NCBI GenBank assembly: GCA_017616785.1
Contig: JAFZXK010000012.1
Coordinates: 32,004-96,003 of the forward strand
From: Alphaproteobacteria bacterium
Lineage (GTDB): Bacteria; Pseudomonadota; Alphaproteobacteria; Rs-D84
DNA: 64,000 nucleotides
Direction of reading: 5' to 3'
The position numbers and the translations under genes were made by a program. Position 1 is the first letter of the stretch. Every line of letters starts with the position of its first letter. The notes under the pieces are model-generated. The model had not been told where the DNA came from. It ran no database searches and worked only from the letters and a program-made list of their open reading frames with translations. Below, piece by piece: positions 22,901 to 28,352 of the stretch.

Positions 22901-25900
22901 ATTGTTACATGCAAAATGGTCTTGCGATGCGGGGTATCATTTAAGTGATGATGGACAAAGTTGCGTTGGAAATGAAATAACCATTCAATACAATAAAAAT
23001 GGTCATGGAACTGAATTGACGCCGCAAAGTCAGACATGTATTTATGGTTCACAATCGGATCCACTTGCAAATGGTCTTACACAGCAAGGTTGGTGGTTTA
23101 TGGGATGGAATGTTCCGAATGTTGATACATTTGATGCGGGTGAAACAATTCCGTGTGATGTGGATCATTTGGGTGTGACCACTGGAACGGTTACCTTGAA
23201 CGCGAATTGGGAACCATGGTGCAACAAGATTACCTTGGATAAAAACAACGATAATGCATCGTATGGTATAAGGTATTTGTATGCCAAGACCAGAGAGGCC
23301 GGCGATACCCATGATAGTACGTGGTACAAGAATGATACTTGCACGGTGGAATATACATCCGCAGATTATGAAAGTGTAAAACCATCGCGCACCGGATTGG
23401 GTTTCCGCGGGTTTTATCAGAGTTCCAGTGATGCGGCGGATATAAATGCGACACAAACGAACGGTGCAGCGCAACTTATTTCACATACTGGGGCGCCGAC
23501 TACAACGGGACGGATTTTCGTAAATGGTTTAACGGGTGATGTAACGATATATGCCGGTTGGGCCCAGGATTGTGCAAATTCGATTTCAAACGGAACATGT
23601 TCGCGAACTCTTGGGGCAAATACAAGTTATGCCACCACATGCGCCACCGGTTATCATTATGGCACGGCGCCAGATGGTGTGACCTATAATCCGGCAACAC
23701 AAAATAACACCAGTGAATCGACATATAATCCAATATGTGTTGCGGATACGATAAACATTGTTTTGGATAAAAATGGCGGAACGGGAACATGTGGCGGTGC
23801 GGGTGGAACAACGTCTGGAACAATGACATGCTATTATGATGGAACATGTAATACGCCAATTTGGAATTCATGTAGTATTAGCAATGGCGCACGGATATTT
23901 ACGGGTTGGAACACCGAATCGGATGGAACCGGAACACCGTATGGCAGTGCCGAGATTGGTGTTGGTATTGATACAACCGATCCCACAATTTTGGCAAACG
24001 GATTAACGCTTTATGCGCAATGGGCGGATGTTACATGCAATGTTTCGCATGGAACCGCGACGGCGAGTGCGACCGCAACGAATACCCCAACATGTTGGGT
24101 TGATTCTGATTCGTGCGATAATGGTTATTCGCTTAGTGCAAATCCGCCATATTATGGAACACAGCATACAACCACGGTAAATACCGGCCAATGCAATGAG
24201 GCGACATATGATATAAATTATGAATGGAATGGCGGAAATGAATATTCGTCGGTCGTGCCACCTGAATATACGCAGTTGGATTATTTAACTTTTTCTGGCG
24301 ATCAATATATTGATACCGGTGTGATTTTAACTAATTCACAAAACATTGAAAATGTCATTGAAATGCAGGCAGATTCGGCGAGTGGTTTCCAAACATGGAC
24401 AGGTTTTATGAAAACTTCGGAGATGACTCCTAGGTATGGAATAAACTTTTATGGTAATAAGTGGATGATTGGTATAAACGCAACTTCGTCAAATGGAGTT
24501 ACGGCAGATTCTGGCCGACATATTGTAAAATTTGTAACAACAAATAATGCACAGATACTTTACGATACAGATGGTACAACGGAACTAGCCAGGTCAAGTT
24601 TAGATGCAAATGCGTTGTCTAGTAATGTTTTGCCATTATATATTGGAGCGCGTAATAACAGTGGAACTCCAGTTAATTTCGTGAATGGAAATATAGGTCG
24701 TACGTATTTGAAACAAAATGGTGTAATGCTTTATAATCTTATTCCGGCGCGTCATAATAGTGATGGGGTACTTGGTATGTATGACACGGTAACGGGAACA
24801 TTCTTTATAAATGAGGGTATCGGTAATTTTGGTGCGGGTAATGTTGTTACCAATGCATATCCGACAGAATACACATACGGTATCGGTGCGACGGTTTATG
24901 GTGTGCCGGTGCGTGCGAACAGTGTGTTTGATGCATGGTGTCGGAATGCGGCGTTAACCGAAAATTGCACAATGCCGCATGAAATAACCACAACTGATTA
25001 CGGGGACAAAGATTTATATGCAAAATGGTCTTGTGTGGATGGGTATCAATTGAATGCGAACAATCAATGTGTTGGAAATGATATAACTATTACATATCAA
25101 AAGGGAACCCATGGTGTTGGAAATCCGCCACAGCCGGTAACAAAGCACTATAATGATCGATTGGAACTTGAAGACGCGATGAGTGGCGAATATGGTTGGA
25201 CGTTTGTCGGTTGGCAGATAAATGGTGTTACATATAACGGGGGTGATCGTATAACACTTGATTTTGACACCCTTGGCATGTACAGCGGTAATATAAATGC
25301 CATCGCCCAGTGGGAGGCGGATGTGTATACTGTGCATTATAATTGCAATACCACATGGCCAGATGTGCGTGTGCCGGCGGATGGGTATCCGACAACGGGT
25401 GTACAGTTCTGGGCTGCATCGGCAAGTTCGTGTGTGAATCCGGGCTATCATTTCGTTGGTTGGTTGCCTGAATCCGATTGGCTATCTACAATATGGGTTA
25501 ATGGAACAGAGTGGAATTTGATAAACAGAAATGATCCAACCGATACAGATGTAATCTTTACCGCCCAGTGGGAACGTGACGATCCGGCGTTTACTGTAAT
25601 GGTTACGGTGCCCGCCGGTACAACATTTAGTTTTGATACTTTTGCGTCCGGGCAATTCTGGGTCGATTGGAATTATGTGGCAAATCCGGGGGTAAGTGTT
25701 GATGAATTTGAAACGGCGACGGTCGTCGCACATACTTGGTCGCATGAGTATACGACCGCTGGAACGTATGTCATTGGTATCGGTGGTCGTGCATCGGGGT
25801 ATTTTTCCGGTTCAGGTACGGCCAATCAAAGAAAAGCGGCAATAAGTTTCTTTAATGGAACACTGGATGGGACGGGTGTTGATGCCCAAATCGCATTGGA

Positions 25901-27659
25901 TGATAATGAACAGCCACTGAATGGTTCCGAACAATATATTGTTTCGGCCAAGGGTTCGTTGGGGTCGATATTCCCAACAATAGCGGCGGGAACATACCAT
26001 GGACAACCGCGATTCTATCGCACATTCAAAAACACATTTGCAATGACGCAACGGTTGCAAAACTTGGCGGATTTGTTCGATGGTATTTATGGTGACCCGG
26101 TTCCGTATATGTTTGCCGAATTGTTCGATGGTTCGGCAATAACTGGGACGATACCGGCGGGATTATTCCCGGTTGATGGAACGGTGAAAACGGCATTGTT
26201 CCTGTCCACGTTCCGTGGTTGTGCGGGCCTCTCTGGAACTATACCGGCGGATTTGTTTAAAAATATTGCCGGTGCACCGTTGAATTATATGTTTAGTCGG
26301 ACGTTTAGGGGTTGCACCAACCTTACGGGGATACCGGTGGGATTATTTAGGAACATCAGCGGTGCGCCCGCAGCCAATATGTTTTCGTACACTTTTATGG
26401 GCTGTTCCAATATTACCGGAACATTATCAAAGAATTTGTTTGGAAATATAGATGGGGCACCGGCGGCAAGTATGTTCACTTTCACGTTTAATGCGTGCAC
26501 AAAGTTGCAGGGTGATACATCAAACCCGGAAATTGCGATTCCGGACGGAATGTTTGGAAAACTGCGTGGTGCGGCGGCGAATTATATGTTCCATTACACA
26601 TTTTATAACTGCAGTGAATTAACCGGAAAAATTGGCGGTGCATTGTTTGGTGGGTTAACCGGGGAACCAGCAACCAATATGTTCTATCGGACATTTTCGG
26701 GTTGTTCAAAACTTAGTGGTTCGATTCCGAATAATTTGTTCGGTAATATGACCGGTGCGCCGAAAGGATATATGTTTCGTGAAACGTTTTATGGGTGTTC
26801 GAACCTGACGGGGAATATACCGGATGGTTTGTTTGGAAGACCAAATGGGTCGGCGGCGGACTATATGTTTTATGGAACATTTTATAATTGCGGTGGTTTA
26901 ACCGGCAAAATACCGGACGGTTTGTTTGGCACACCAAGTGGAACGGCGGACTATATGTTTTATGCAACATTTTATAATTGCGGTGGTTTAACCGGTGAAA
27001 TACCAAGTCGTTTATTTGGAACGCCAAGTGGTGCGCCTTCCGTCAGTATGTTCTCTAAGACATTTTATGGGTGCGGTGGTTTAACCGGAACAATCCCAAG
27101 TACTTTGTTTGGAACATTGTCTGATGCGGGGGTCGATAATATGTTTTATCAAACGTTTTATAATTGCGCGAACCTGAATGGATATGTGCCAGATGGGTTG
27201 TTTGGAACCATGACCGCGGGCGGAACGACTTCAATGTACAGGGTTTTTGCCGGTTCGGGATTATTAACCGAATGTCCGTGTGGAACAACGGATGTTAGTC
27301 AAGATAGTCCGTTCTATTCATATTGGCAATCAACAGCGTCGTCCGCCACGCCAAAGAAAGTATCTTGTCGTGTTGATACGACACCTGGGGATTTCTATTG
27401 GTATGGCGGGGAATGTTCGACCATTTGTCCGGTCGCCACGATGGATGAATTGCATGTTGCCAATTTAACGCCCTATCCGGTGTTGGCGCGCAAGGTTTCG
27501 GATGTTGCAATAAATATCAAATATGGCGATACGACATGCTATGTTCCGTTGACGGCGGGTAATGGCGGTGCGAACAGTTTGAATATGAAGTATAATAACA
27601 CCGTTTATCATGCCGACCGACCGGGAACAACGCCGCCCGCCGGATTCGGACAAAGGTAA
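4947..27659 (+). CDS. giant secreted repeat protein (7570 aa): Listeria/Bacteroides-type (Flg_new-like) repeats, BspA/DUF285-like LRR blocks, duplicated modules
   Basis: Uninterrupted 22,713-nt ORF. RBS 'ggaaggaaaggga' precedes the ATG. N-terminal signal peptide (MSRFLRFFRVFVVAVICGFGALSANA). Dozens of ~70-aa repeats carry the G[YH]TF.G[WY]...G......(L)YA[KH]W signature. Two blocks of ~31-aa repeats of form LFG..SGA...MF..TF.GC..LTG.IP. G/T/N/Y-rich composition. No frameshift or internal stop. Confidence 0.9.
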   Translation: MSRFLRFFRVFVVAVICGFGALSANALVTLNDGGAIYAGAPHSIERLNSNTQLMAFPYRPGYGFAGYYTAQDCASNAQQILTHEGTWTGTQYDGTIYACWVPLVPGGINNPFGHTKLFVLDKNGGDTVGNMWPNLDQPIEFDTTDYNFGGTGRSIRFENRGDWVYLQCYIYRDGICDDLQWRMPRDAAGNQAIFSPTKLFWTIQGVQELPTRSGYAFGGMYSTSGTTGGTQYCNANGNTTDINSLWNNSLPAFNTIYARWNAMTVYLNGTGVSPNPVYFYGGNWYSDSGATQPITALTSLPQNGSFDFLGYYTAPDGGGIQIVRENGTFLTGDDVTGAITDGIHLYPLWQSAPTWATLTINDRDETTGSVPKPLYYPLSGCSVSGFRATQSCDAATVNNITVPTKNGWVYGGHFADAGGTGRAYINPDGTFNQLNNGISGDLTIYAKWTFSISYSTGGSATCTYGTTCAAAAAPEPPSSGQVFNGWACTLSNGGACAQSVYPEGGNLANATNNTAGVTGITLTATWSSTAPTYVYKKVTLDLNGGTIGPAQVINKIFEGFNGSVSLGFFTCQSASCNSTGSSCTCEGATAILGSIFDAGISRPTNGNNAFGGYYTHSSGGYERVDSEGFIKGELYSAAPVTIYAHWVAPQEVKLDAGAMGSWSNCSGKVLEYAGLPLTPIGNDCKPTAASGYTFKGYFDGNTKYYDGNLNPVRDAWPMSNAPTELVAGYDAVLYAVNYYCGNNLVHTEYVANNAPYTIWDGNGGTACGDPVSASPSSAGSRLAGWQQQNTSTEYGLGQNVSPFVITGSINLVSVTRSIYYVTLNHNNPDNTPSPDSVYFWNGHWYTGNTAVAPSQITTMNPKPVMAGYTFNGYYTGNNGTGTQVIDSEGDFIDVPVTTIGQNGAQITANWTMRQYAVQLIAGNGTCDSGCSTYMYYQANVGWTANSNGSTPITSINPPTPPTGQVFSGYYTGQNGTGTLVVDGSRTIQVTGTDALNLLEALGGGTSTTLKFYAKYDDIQTAPTNPNGYFAVTTTELAANTEFKFAMSAAGDFWVDWDADNQNTNSIVRITPDNTNLTMYSHVYGTSGAKTIKIWRTVGTSVSYNTDIIEHLDIYTSVPAIYFGEALGIDGVAPTSSLVAAISGSLGAVFPTVNSTLSGTPSFSHAFKGCSNLNGNIPEDLFGYMSDGNYVGVTGSRSYMFSNTFANTGLTSIPGTLFGRTTINGTYYGVSGAAEDMFAATFAGMPINTDTNPIPENLFIGITGNAKGLFASTFAGCTNLKTVQAGLFSGVSGAANQMFRATFMQSGLTSLPPGLFGGVSGVAQAMFNQTFAGCNHLQLIPDSLFSGVSATGNVNDSAASMFYGTFVACTALTALPATLFGTIDAPGVDRTFMFSGMFANNTALGGYIPKTLFANVTDNDATYFMTDIFGGDTNLATSCGSYNLTQYTTGFEDYWNGHVSCAPVATFSCGIGSGTAPSSIFVEPVQSGSVTFTFPAVSGCSAPNHYNNTNRQWTCDGSACVYGTNSHVYWGGGETYPTSNNVSWDGQQNVEFYMTYTPETYTITLKRNHDSNDDTNVGTITETYATSWSGAPTIPASWSDGTYTYNFDGYFTTRDNTGARMTDLNGNFVGEAATFMVGASGNWYAHWTTMTGPFTATFKCDEDSNTTIHTISNIYIDPTNHPNADVITMPALSVGASCTKTGYEFARWKVLGTNDVVNPNATYTWTLYGGSDVIPDWQPVQTTITLSPNGGTGGPAAVYTRYANGVYRDSERTVQMTTGNNPLTSLPMKTVNITFALNDGNSGDATLNAGGQSYSGNNLLSVPVGLPFQGYYNTDNTRMIKGNVKENGSQESNPGHITSQGDTDGKEYTTNQTWTAVWQPKTVSNQDFQYQNYDLENMIPTWDGHVFLGWFTATSGGQQITDGNGNMNCENCFSQSINGNKTWYAHWQVCSHTQPSDPHATMNAIGAIGGACAYHIVCDQTPYGYTQYGGNNTTQNFDIIATVGSYSGVLDSAKCLPRTYSIDYQNVTEHGGTLPAGTIDTYTYGVETEVNAVPTSPSENFESWCTGYDESTGVYSGCATTQTIPDTTYGDKPYYAKWAGCKTGYRTYNYDVRVTADYDNQSHEYLAGACAPGNYVVTCNKNCPAGETCNACLEDIFSQYHLGQRYGVYSQQWETQVGVVGALGAVLPHGSGSQYLPFGGDEYGQSGDTSFGIRPLYSYNGIGAGTDPLDMPASSIFMQNDYVAYMTALTQLNNKTFGTSHYDFNGLWTDATSEDSQYRYLPTVNGTTPWSQRNADGKALSKFFTSDATVYAHWIPHVYSVKLMRNHSSTDYNQKGTLYEEYGNGWNNANTGTFGTNYQLPSDLIPSWTGYTFSGYWTTRDDSGTQLVAKVNNAWTVTADAKTLVDNNAKWYAHWTPKQFTITLDNADALVNGTASLTSIYDSGAYLNVDGTLTLMDKDNGPAITLPEHKYTVSFDLNYNGAPNGPATQYPGWTFNGYFSASSNGTKYIAADGKITQSGTDKAKILTANATWNAQWTQVANLTLPDVYNSGAGYFGQPGYVFIGWWTTSNENAGTSVGVNGDTYDAAQNQTLNQTLYAQWRPCSYTGATGATSVSVATSDLNACVYTITCPANYTCEGNNCEIIGEPDSYATVTLPDCVGAGHTITYYDNPAYGTNVELNTQSYTYNPNGSVTLNPDLNNTVYDDHHAASVQWCDIDGNNCVTQIAPQNQTGDIALYAKWTCATGYTSTYTFDAQVAEYGSNSGFVEFNAGMCAPKRYRIICDKNCPTYTSDGQTVTESCNACLEDFSLLQAGTVGKYSWGYLYNSSLFDPNGALESSQVPVPVYSVNSTLGDFMLFTTTPKYEHLYLWPVPLDENASLLGALNTGNYKTFMMALANEQYNSSLDFGAQHYTFDGLWTAASDGEIYINANGWVAGPNNTDSEMHSEVASKSFTSDTDVYAHWDPKVYDITLDPDDGTPGGSMSGTVVTLLKQKWNTGWKAGTHGDFVSAGSFQLSGPQLPTRDGYIFNGYYTQQNCQGTKIVNADGTLNLNATSTAGDVQHATYFENENGSTLYACWESLSYNISYDWNGGSHDTCSDSGNPAVCPSVATFGGNAFRVPAPTHEHGTFKGWIITGMDDGVAHKYGQDSSVTNTTTNTGLDLSQTNDGPSMVYFKDLRGSAGTVTFTAKWECTQGWGNADCSEPGAHVITIKAGYGVSKLNGGTGWSGNDTGTITRSYNTDGEVTLGDINATLKGGYTGRTYRVTVSGNGQLIENNTKFKVGSGDATIYIDATGITTPVPTISGGATKVYNYQSTTLTGTVSNSTDYDSGISFTYRFGVSDTSDGTYDYTTSDINTKTIAKDAYLDTKYHKVEITAHGEGELASSAGVSATPAEVKLQNAPIKFNVGTGETLVGSSPLYAPYNINGNLYSGEFSPATDTPATVPSATKSNYNFAGWWTSADGGSMVYDGDRTLTSNNVSGYVNYANGETKWVVTSTNGKDLYPHWDGKIYTITLDRNGATNGTATFYEKYDNGYALSSNPTDWTTTLSITVPTKTGHTFGGYYANSNFSGAQVIGTDGALPTNPKYFTQSKTLYAKWTANTYNISYNTNGGTAGTDQPETVTFGTVFHVDNPTPTGHQTSFAGWNVTNMQSGVTHYYGTSDSNVAAHGTGTSWGYTTITPDRQYFKNLRANADATVKFTAVWNCEYPYEAPACSEPGDVKVTVNPGAGVSTVAGVGDGWVSDGSGSVYKYFDFGEQITLSTVVSPVLKLGYIATSGYAYTKTSGAGTLNNGVFTVGDGDAEITVAATGVKTPVPTISGGVTQIYNYQDVTLVGTLGNSTDYGSDSGISFAYQYGYSTSSDGTYGNWTTSPTVGAAAFHGTRYYKAKITASGEGGLSATGTSSNPTEVTLTQRTVTFNPNGGTLGDSSGRYIRYNSPDLYTTATSDTPIAAPTVTRNYYTFDGWWTTSSGDGSQIYDANGNLTTTTIAGWTGEYGWAATQDRTLYARWNGNVYKLNLNKNGGTTNGSAVTVLNEKYGTGWRIGTSGNFSSSVSLSGDQLPTMPGHTFAGYYDEATNGNPKGTFENGSWTTPGATTITAETTWYAHWTPNTYTVTYDCGIGNGAGSTDTATYNPNNDPNGSYTTKTLAQANCETSLMGHYFNGWNVTPGHSASDTWGAGVWRAWDYTENQTLTARWVAKEYHITFDNNGATTPGTSQVWEHYGTTGGFWHDAAQNHVTTITLPQKTGHTFNGYALNGVTYIDTNNNLPEPTLTFGDTSNNATVDITLTAQWTPITYNIYYDENGGSRTLPAGYTPREFIESNGTQYIDTGIKGNMGYTYELEFQQTDTGNYRNWGVFNQSGYSGQNMSLTYVNGWAVRWEARAGQRSYVDLGTKNTDRHVLRVVDGEVYFDGVDKGKSAGHDSSFEFNYNLFLGTINPGGTTPSSNAKSRYYSYRVWNASGELIQNLIPVSHVENGVTVVGMYDTVSGQFFTSVPSGTNFAAGPAVDISTTLYPNNYTYGVGAKIYAVPMREHSVFQGWCRTENPFTGCAMPYEITTTDLGDKTLYAKWRCETGYSDTGSACVANTIILNWNENNGNYQELPNDQCTYGGDLTLPGGAPVNSNALVFNGWKLVNNDYVDGGDTVTNGCVETYTGVTSGTSTGIMAQWCNACNTTHATCTLDATTVPGTCSYTTACESGYHLSPDSALNVYNTVCIPYTITYDANGHGNGAVDDNVRYNQTFTTNDAKDTDEFLWANHIVTTWTRVSGGNFPNVGAEYPYNVQSDTTLRANWGECNCTPGTNATACSTTSSNNECQVNVITCATGYTGTSWSCDGTDCTASCSDSHNHTISLQHALSGVTGGTNTIYSIDSGASSGAGVYLDNTHQQLMAVSGANSNPVTLPDSFAYTVTYDVSGGTLETGAANSAQAVATFNGYYDSANGEGLYISGDTGNITSEGIAAGTSTNSDATWWGQWTIASITLPIAYRPGYVFAGWFVANGATPVGNNEGQFTPGNNVTLYAHWTECAAGNYCPGMETVDGETLYNTVYSCSQATNGKYENSVAGSDDISDCYLVLEAGKWVETVGAGKVACTEGYYCNDNATQVYYSDPGDNRRTTGIRNACPTGFANTVGTGNTSINQCYKNVTLNKRGGSGNLGGASGTNNGSRLCYYDIDCTLPDASVLVLTGHTFHGGWTDQADTDCDSTTRVFNMPNDYPDTDTFYACRTTNAYTVTLKDGIDTNTTYGTVSNVTYGQPMPTVAVPEHSAQHTTYTFTGYYDNPQTSNSGVKYYNADGTSAKDWDVAQNASLYAWWDVGCDAGYYLPANSFVCTALCPAGKYCAGNMTFSAVLLPWDADQGISGVVAAGYYSTGGGTIATPTAAGNGCVTGNTCGIVSGGYYSTGGGTAAAPTETGNGCLSGYTCGILSADYFSNGGGTVPNPSGTQNAGCVSGQTCGTCPVNYRAATDTTGKTVITQCVAACIAGQRVVNAADPDVNSPYAAGCTTPSGNLWWSDAHNVNYGSASPAVSVATDTGVHTCATNYATVAPSNDPNDHNEQSDCKRNVWLNKNGGTTIDGATWPEGVTDNGDTQLKRTCQEGVSCAFGNPALLLEKPGWTFQNAWGTNASCTGTTYESPVASPLTSAKYYACKNQIDYTLTYACGTGTGTAPVHTTPNPIHYGNTVTVAAVGDCAKTGHHFTGWAVSNSEDVVQPGNMTWNYEENKTFTAQWAPDVYDIDYDWNGGNAYSSAVPAEYSQVGYVDMPAGSYLLTDIIPTYDGHYELDFQTTTMTASPTTYLGARTSSSTNGLRLAHISSGVFRFYGFGSYVDSTVNCQNNTRYKFVWDNKDCTLTTGDTTIISKTFTTSGSNTTPLSINAWNTEGAINGNNEGIRVYSFKAWNNQGTLIANYVPVKDSNDEAGFYDTVSGEFKGATAGTLSATDEYPMEYTYGVGATVYGVPVRANSVFEGWCRTESAGNTFDDCAMPHEITTTDIEDKLLHAKWSCDAGYHLSDDGQSCVGNEITIQYNKNGHGTELTPQSQTCIYGSQSDPLANGLTQQGWWFMGWNVPNVDTFDAGETIPCDVDHLGVTTGTVTLNANWEPWCNKITLDKNNDNASYGIRYLYAKTREAGDTHDSTWYKNDTCTVEYTSADYESVKPSRTGLGFRGFYQSSSDAADINATQTNGAAQLISHTGAPTTTGRIFVNGLTGDVTIYAGWAQDCANSISNGTCSRTLGANTSYATTCATGYHYGTAPDGVTYNPATQNNTSESTYNPICVADTINIVLDKNGGTGTCGGAGGTTSGTMTCYYDGTCNTPIWNSCSISNGARIFTGWNTESDGTGTPYGSAEIGVGIDTTDPTILANGLTLYAQWADVTCNVSHGTATASATATNTPTCWVDSDSCDNGYSLSANPPYYGTQHTTTVNTGQCNEATYDINYEWNGGNEYSSVVPPEYTQLDYLTFSGDQYIDTGVILTNSQNIENVIEMQADSASGFQTWTGFMKTSEMTPRYGINFYGNKWMIGINATSSNGVTADSGRHIVKFVTTNNAQILYDTDGTTELARSSLDANALSSNVLPLYIGARNNSGTPVNFVNGNIGRTYLKQNGVMLYNLIPARHNSDGVLGMYDTVTGTFFINEGIGNFGAGNVVTNAYPTEYTYGIGATVYGVPVRANSVFDAWCRNAALTENCTMPHEITTTDYGDKDLYAKWSCVDGYQLNANNQCVGNDITITYQKGTHGVGNPPQPVTKHYNDRLELEDAMSGEYGWTFVGWQINGVTYNGGDRITLDFDTLGMYSGNINAIAQWEADVYTVHYNCNTTWPDVRVPADGYPTTGVQFWAASASSCVNPGYHFVGWLPESDWLSTIWVNGTEWNLINRNDPTDTDVIFTAQWERDDPAFTVMVTVPAGTTFSFDTFASGQFWVDWNYVANPGVSVDEFETATVVAHTWSHEYTTAGTYVIGIGGRASGYFSGSGTANQRKAAISFFNGTLDGTGVDAQIALDDNEQPLNGSEQYIVSAKGSLGSIFPTIAAGTYHGQPRFYRTFKNTFAMTQRLQNLADLFDGIYGDPVPYMFAELFDGSAITGTIPAGLFPVDGTVKTALFLSTFRGCAGLSGTIPADLFKNIAGAPLNYMFSRTFRGCTNLTGIPVGLFRNISGAPAANMFSYTFMGCSNITGTLSKNLFGNIDGAPAASMFTFTFNACTKLQGDTSNPEIAIPDGMFGKLRGAAANYMFHYTFYNCSELTGKIGGALFGGLTGEPATNMFYRTFSGCSKLSGSIPNNLFGNMTGAPKGYMFRETFYGCSNLTGNIPDGLFGRPNGSAADYMFYGTFYNCGGLTGKIPDGLFGTPSGTADYMFYATFYNCGGLTGEIPSRLFGTPSGAPSVSMFSKTFYGCGGLTGTIPSTLFGTLSDAGVDNMFYQTFYNCANLNGYVPDGLFGTMTAGGTTSMYRVFAGSGLLTECPCGTTDVSQDSPFYSYWQSTASSATPKKVSCRVDTTPGDFYWYGGECSTICPVATMDELHVANLTPYPVLARKVSDVAINIKYGDTTCYVPLTAGNGGANSLNMKYNNTVYHADRPGTTPPAGFGQR
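8370..9290 (+). repeat. intragenic block 1 of ~31-aa BspA/DUF285-like leucine-rich repeats (preceded by an FWVDW module)
   Basis: About 9 tandem units such as GLFASTFAGCTNLKTVQAGLFSGVSGAANQMFRATF. Same architecture as block 2. Confidence 0.6.
25960..27280 (+). repeat. intragenic block 2 of ~31-aa BspA/DUF285-like leucine-rich repeats
   Basis: About 14 units of form MF..TF[YR]GC..LTG.IP..LFG...G[AS]. Also preceded by an FWVDW-containing module. Confidence 0.6.
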
Positions 27660-27685
27660 AAGAGTTTCACAACACAACAAACGTG

Positions 27686-27710
27686 AAAACCGGGCATTCG
27701 CCCGGTTTTT
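27686..27710 (+). terminator. intrinsic terminator of the giant gene (AAAACCGGGCATTCGCCCGGTTTTT)
   Basis: GC stem plus T tract 27 nt after the stop, followed by a GTGTTAGTGGGG heptamer motif. Confidence 0.65.
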
Positions 27711-27909
27711 GTGTTAGTGGGGACACTTTTTTCGTCATCCCGCGCGCCGACGCGGGATCTTGTTGTTTTCGTTGAAGTCCAGCAAGATACCGCTTTGCAG
27801 CGGTATGACGGGAAAAACGACAAGGCCCGGTTTTTTGTGTTAGTGTTAGTGTTAGTGGGGCGACACCCCCGGCGGTTCCGCCGGACCCTTCTAGGCAGAG
27901 GGGAACTTG

Positions 27910-27958
27910 CACTAACCACCCGTCGCGGCACGCCGCGCCGCGGTCGTGACGGACTTAC
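27910..27958 (-). repeat. 49-bp dispersed GC-rich repeat element, copy 1 (inverse orientation of copy at 53752-53800)
   Basis: 48 of 49 identity with the reverse complement of 53752-53800 (GTAAGTCCGTCACGACCGCGGCGCGGCGTGCCGCGACAGGTGGTTAGTG). Confidence 0.8.
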
Positions 27959-28014
27959 ACTATACATCATACCCCGTCTGCTGCGCATCCACCCCTTTCC
28001 ATGGGAAAAGGGGA

Positions 28015-28227
28015 TTATTTTGTTCCCATTGTTTTGGCGGATTTAAGTGCGGCGCGTAACGATTCGCGTGCAATCTCTTTTATGCGGCCCGAAAAAGTGC
28101 GCATATTCATCGAATCTGCAAAGTTTTTGGTAAATATGTTCGCAATATATTCGACCTGCGCCGGCGAAATCATAAAAATATCACTGGATATGTCATTGAT
28201 ATCAAGTTGTTTTATCGGTGTTTTCAT
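28015..28227 (-). CDS. small hypothetical protein (70 aa), convergent with the giant gene
   Basis: RBS-like 'gaaaagag' before the ATG. Its 3' flank carries the same hairpin plus 49-bp element plus GTTAGTG arrangement seen after gpmI, which argues it is a real transcription unit. No family recognised. Confidence 0.4.
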   Translation of the reverse strand: MKTPIKQLDINDISSDIFMISPAQVEYIANIFTKNFADSMNMRTFSGRIKEIARESLRAALKSAKTMGTK

Positions 28228-28352
28228 CTCTTTTCTTGCTCTTTTTTGTCTTTTGTTCTTGTTTATTGCTTTTATTGCATTATATCATAAAGTATCTTGA
28301 CCGCAAGGTGTAAAATTTGCTATACAATTGAAAAATAAGACAAGGAAAAACG

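Noticed and set aside
8370-27280. Regularly spaced repeats in the giant gene considered as a CRISPR array or VNTR
   Set aside because: Repeat units are 90-100 nt protein-coding units that diverge at synonymous and non-synonymous sites. There are no identical direct repeats with unique spacers, and no cas genes.
5029-27510. Dozens of 60-210-aa ORFs on the minus strand and in alternate frames inside the giant gene (e.g. 9321..9950, 13965..14561, 18345..18959, 20961..21467)
   Set aside because: All are embedded in a continuous 22.7-kb ORF with a consistent repeat architecture. Their translations are Arg/Cys/Ile-rich nonsense, lacking RBS and conservation between the repeated modules.
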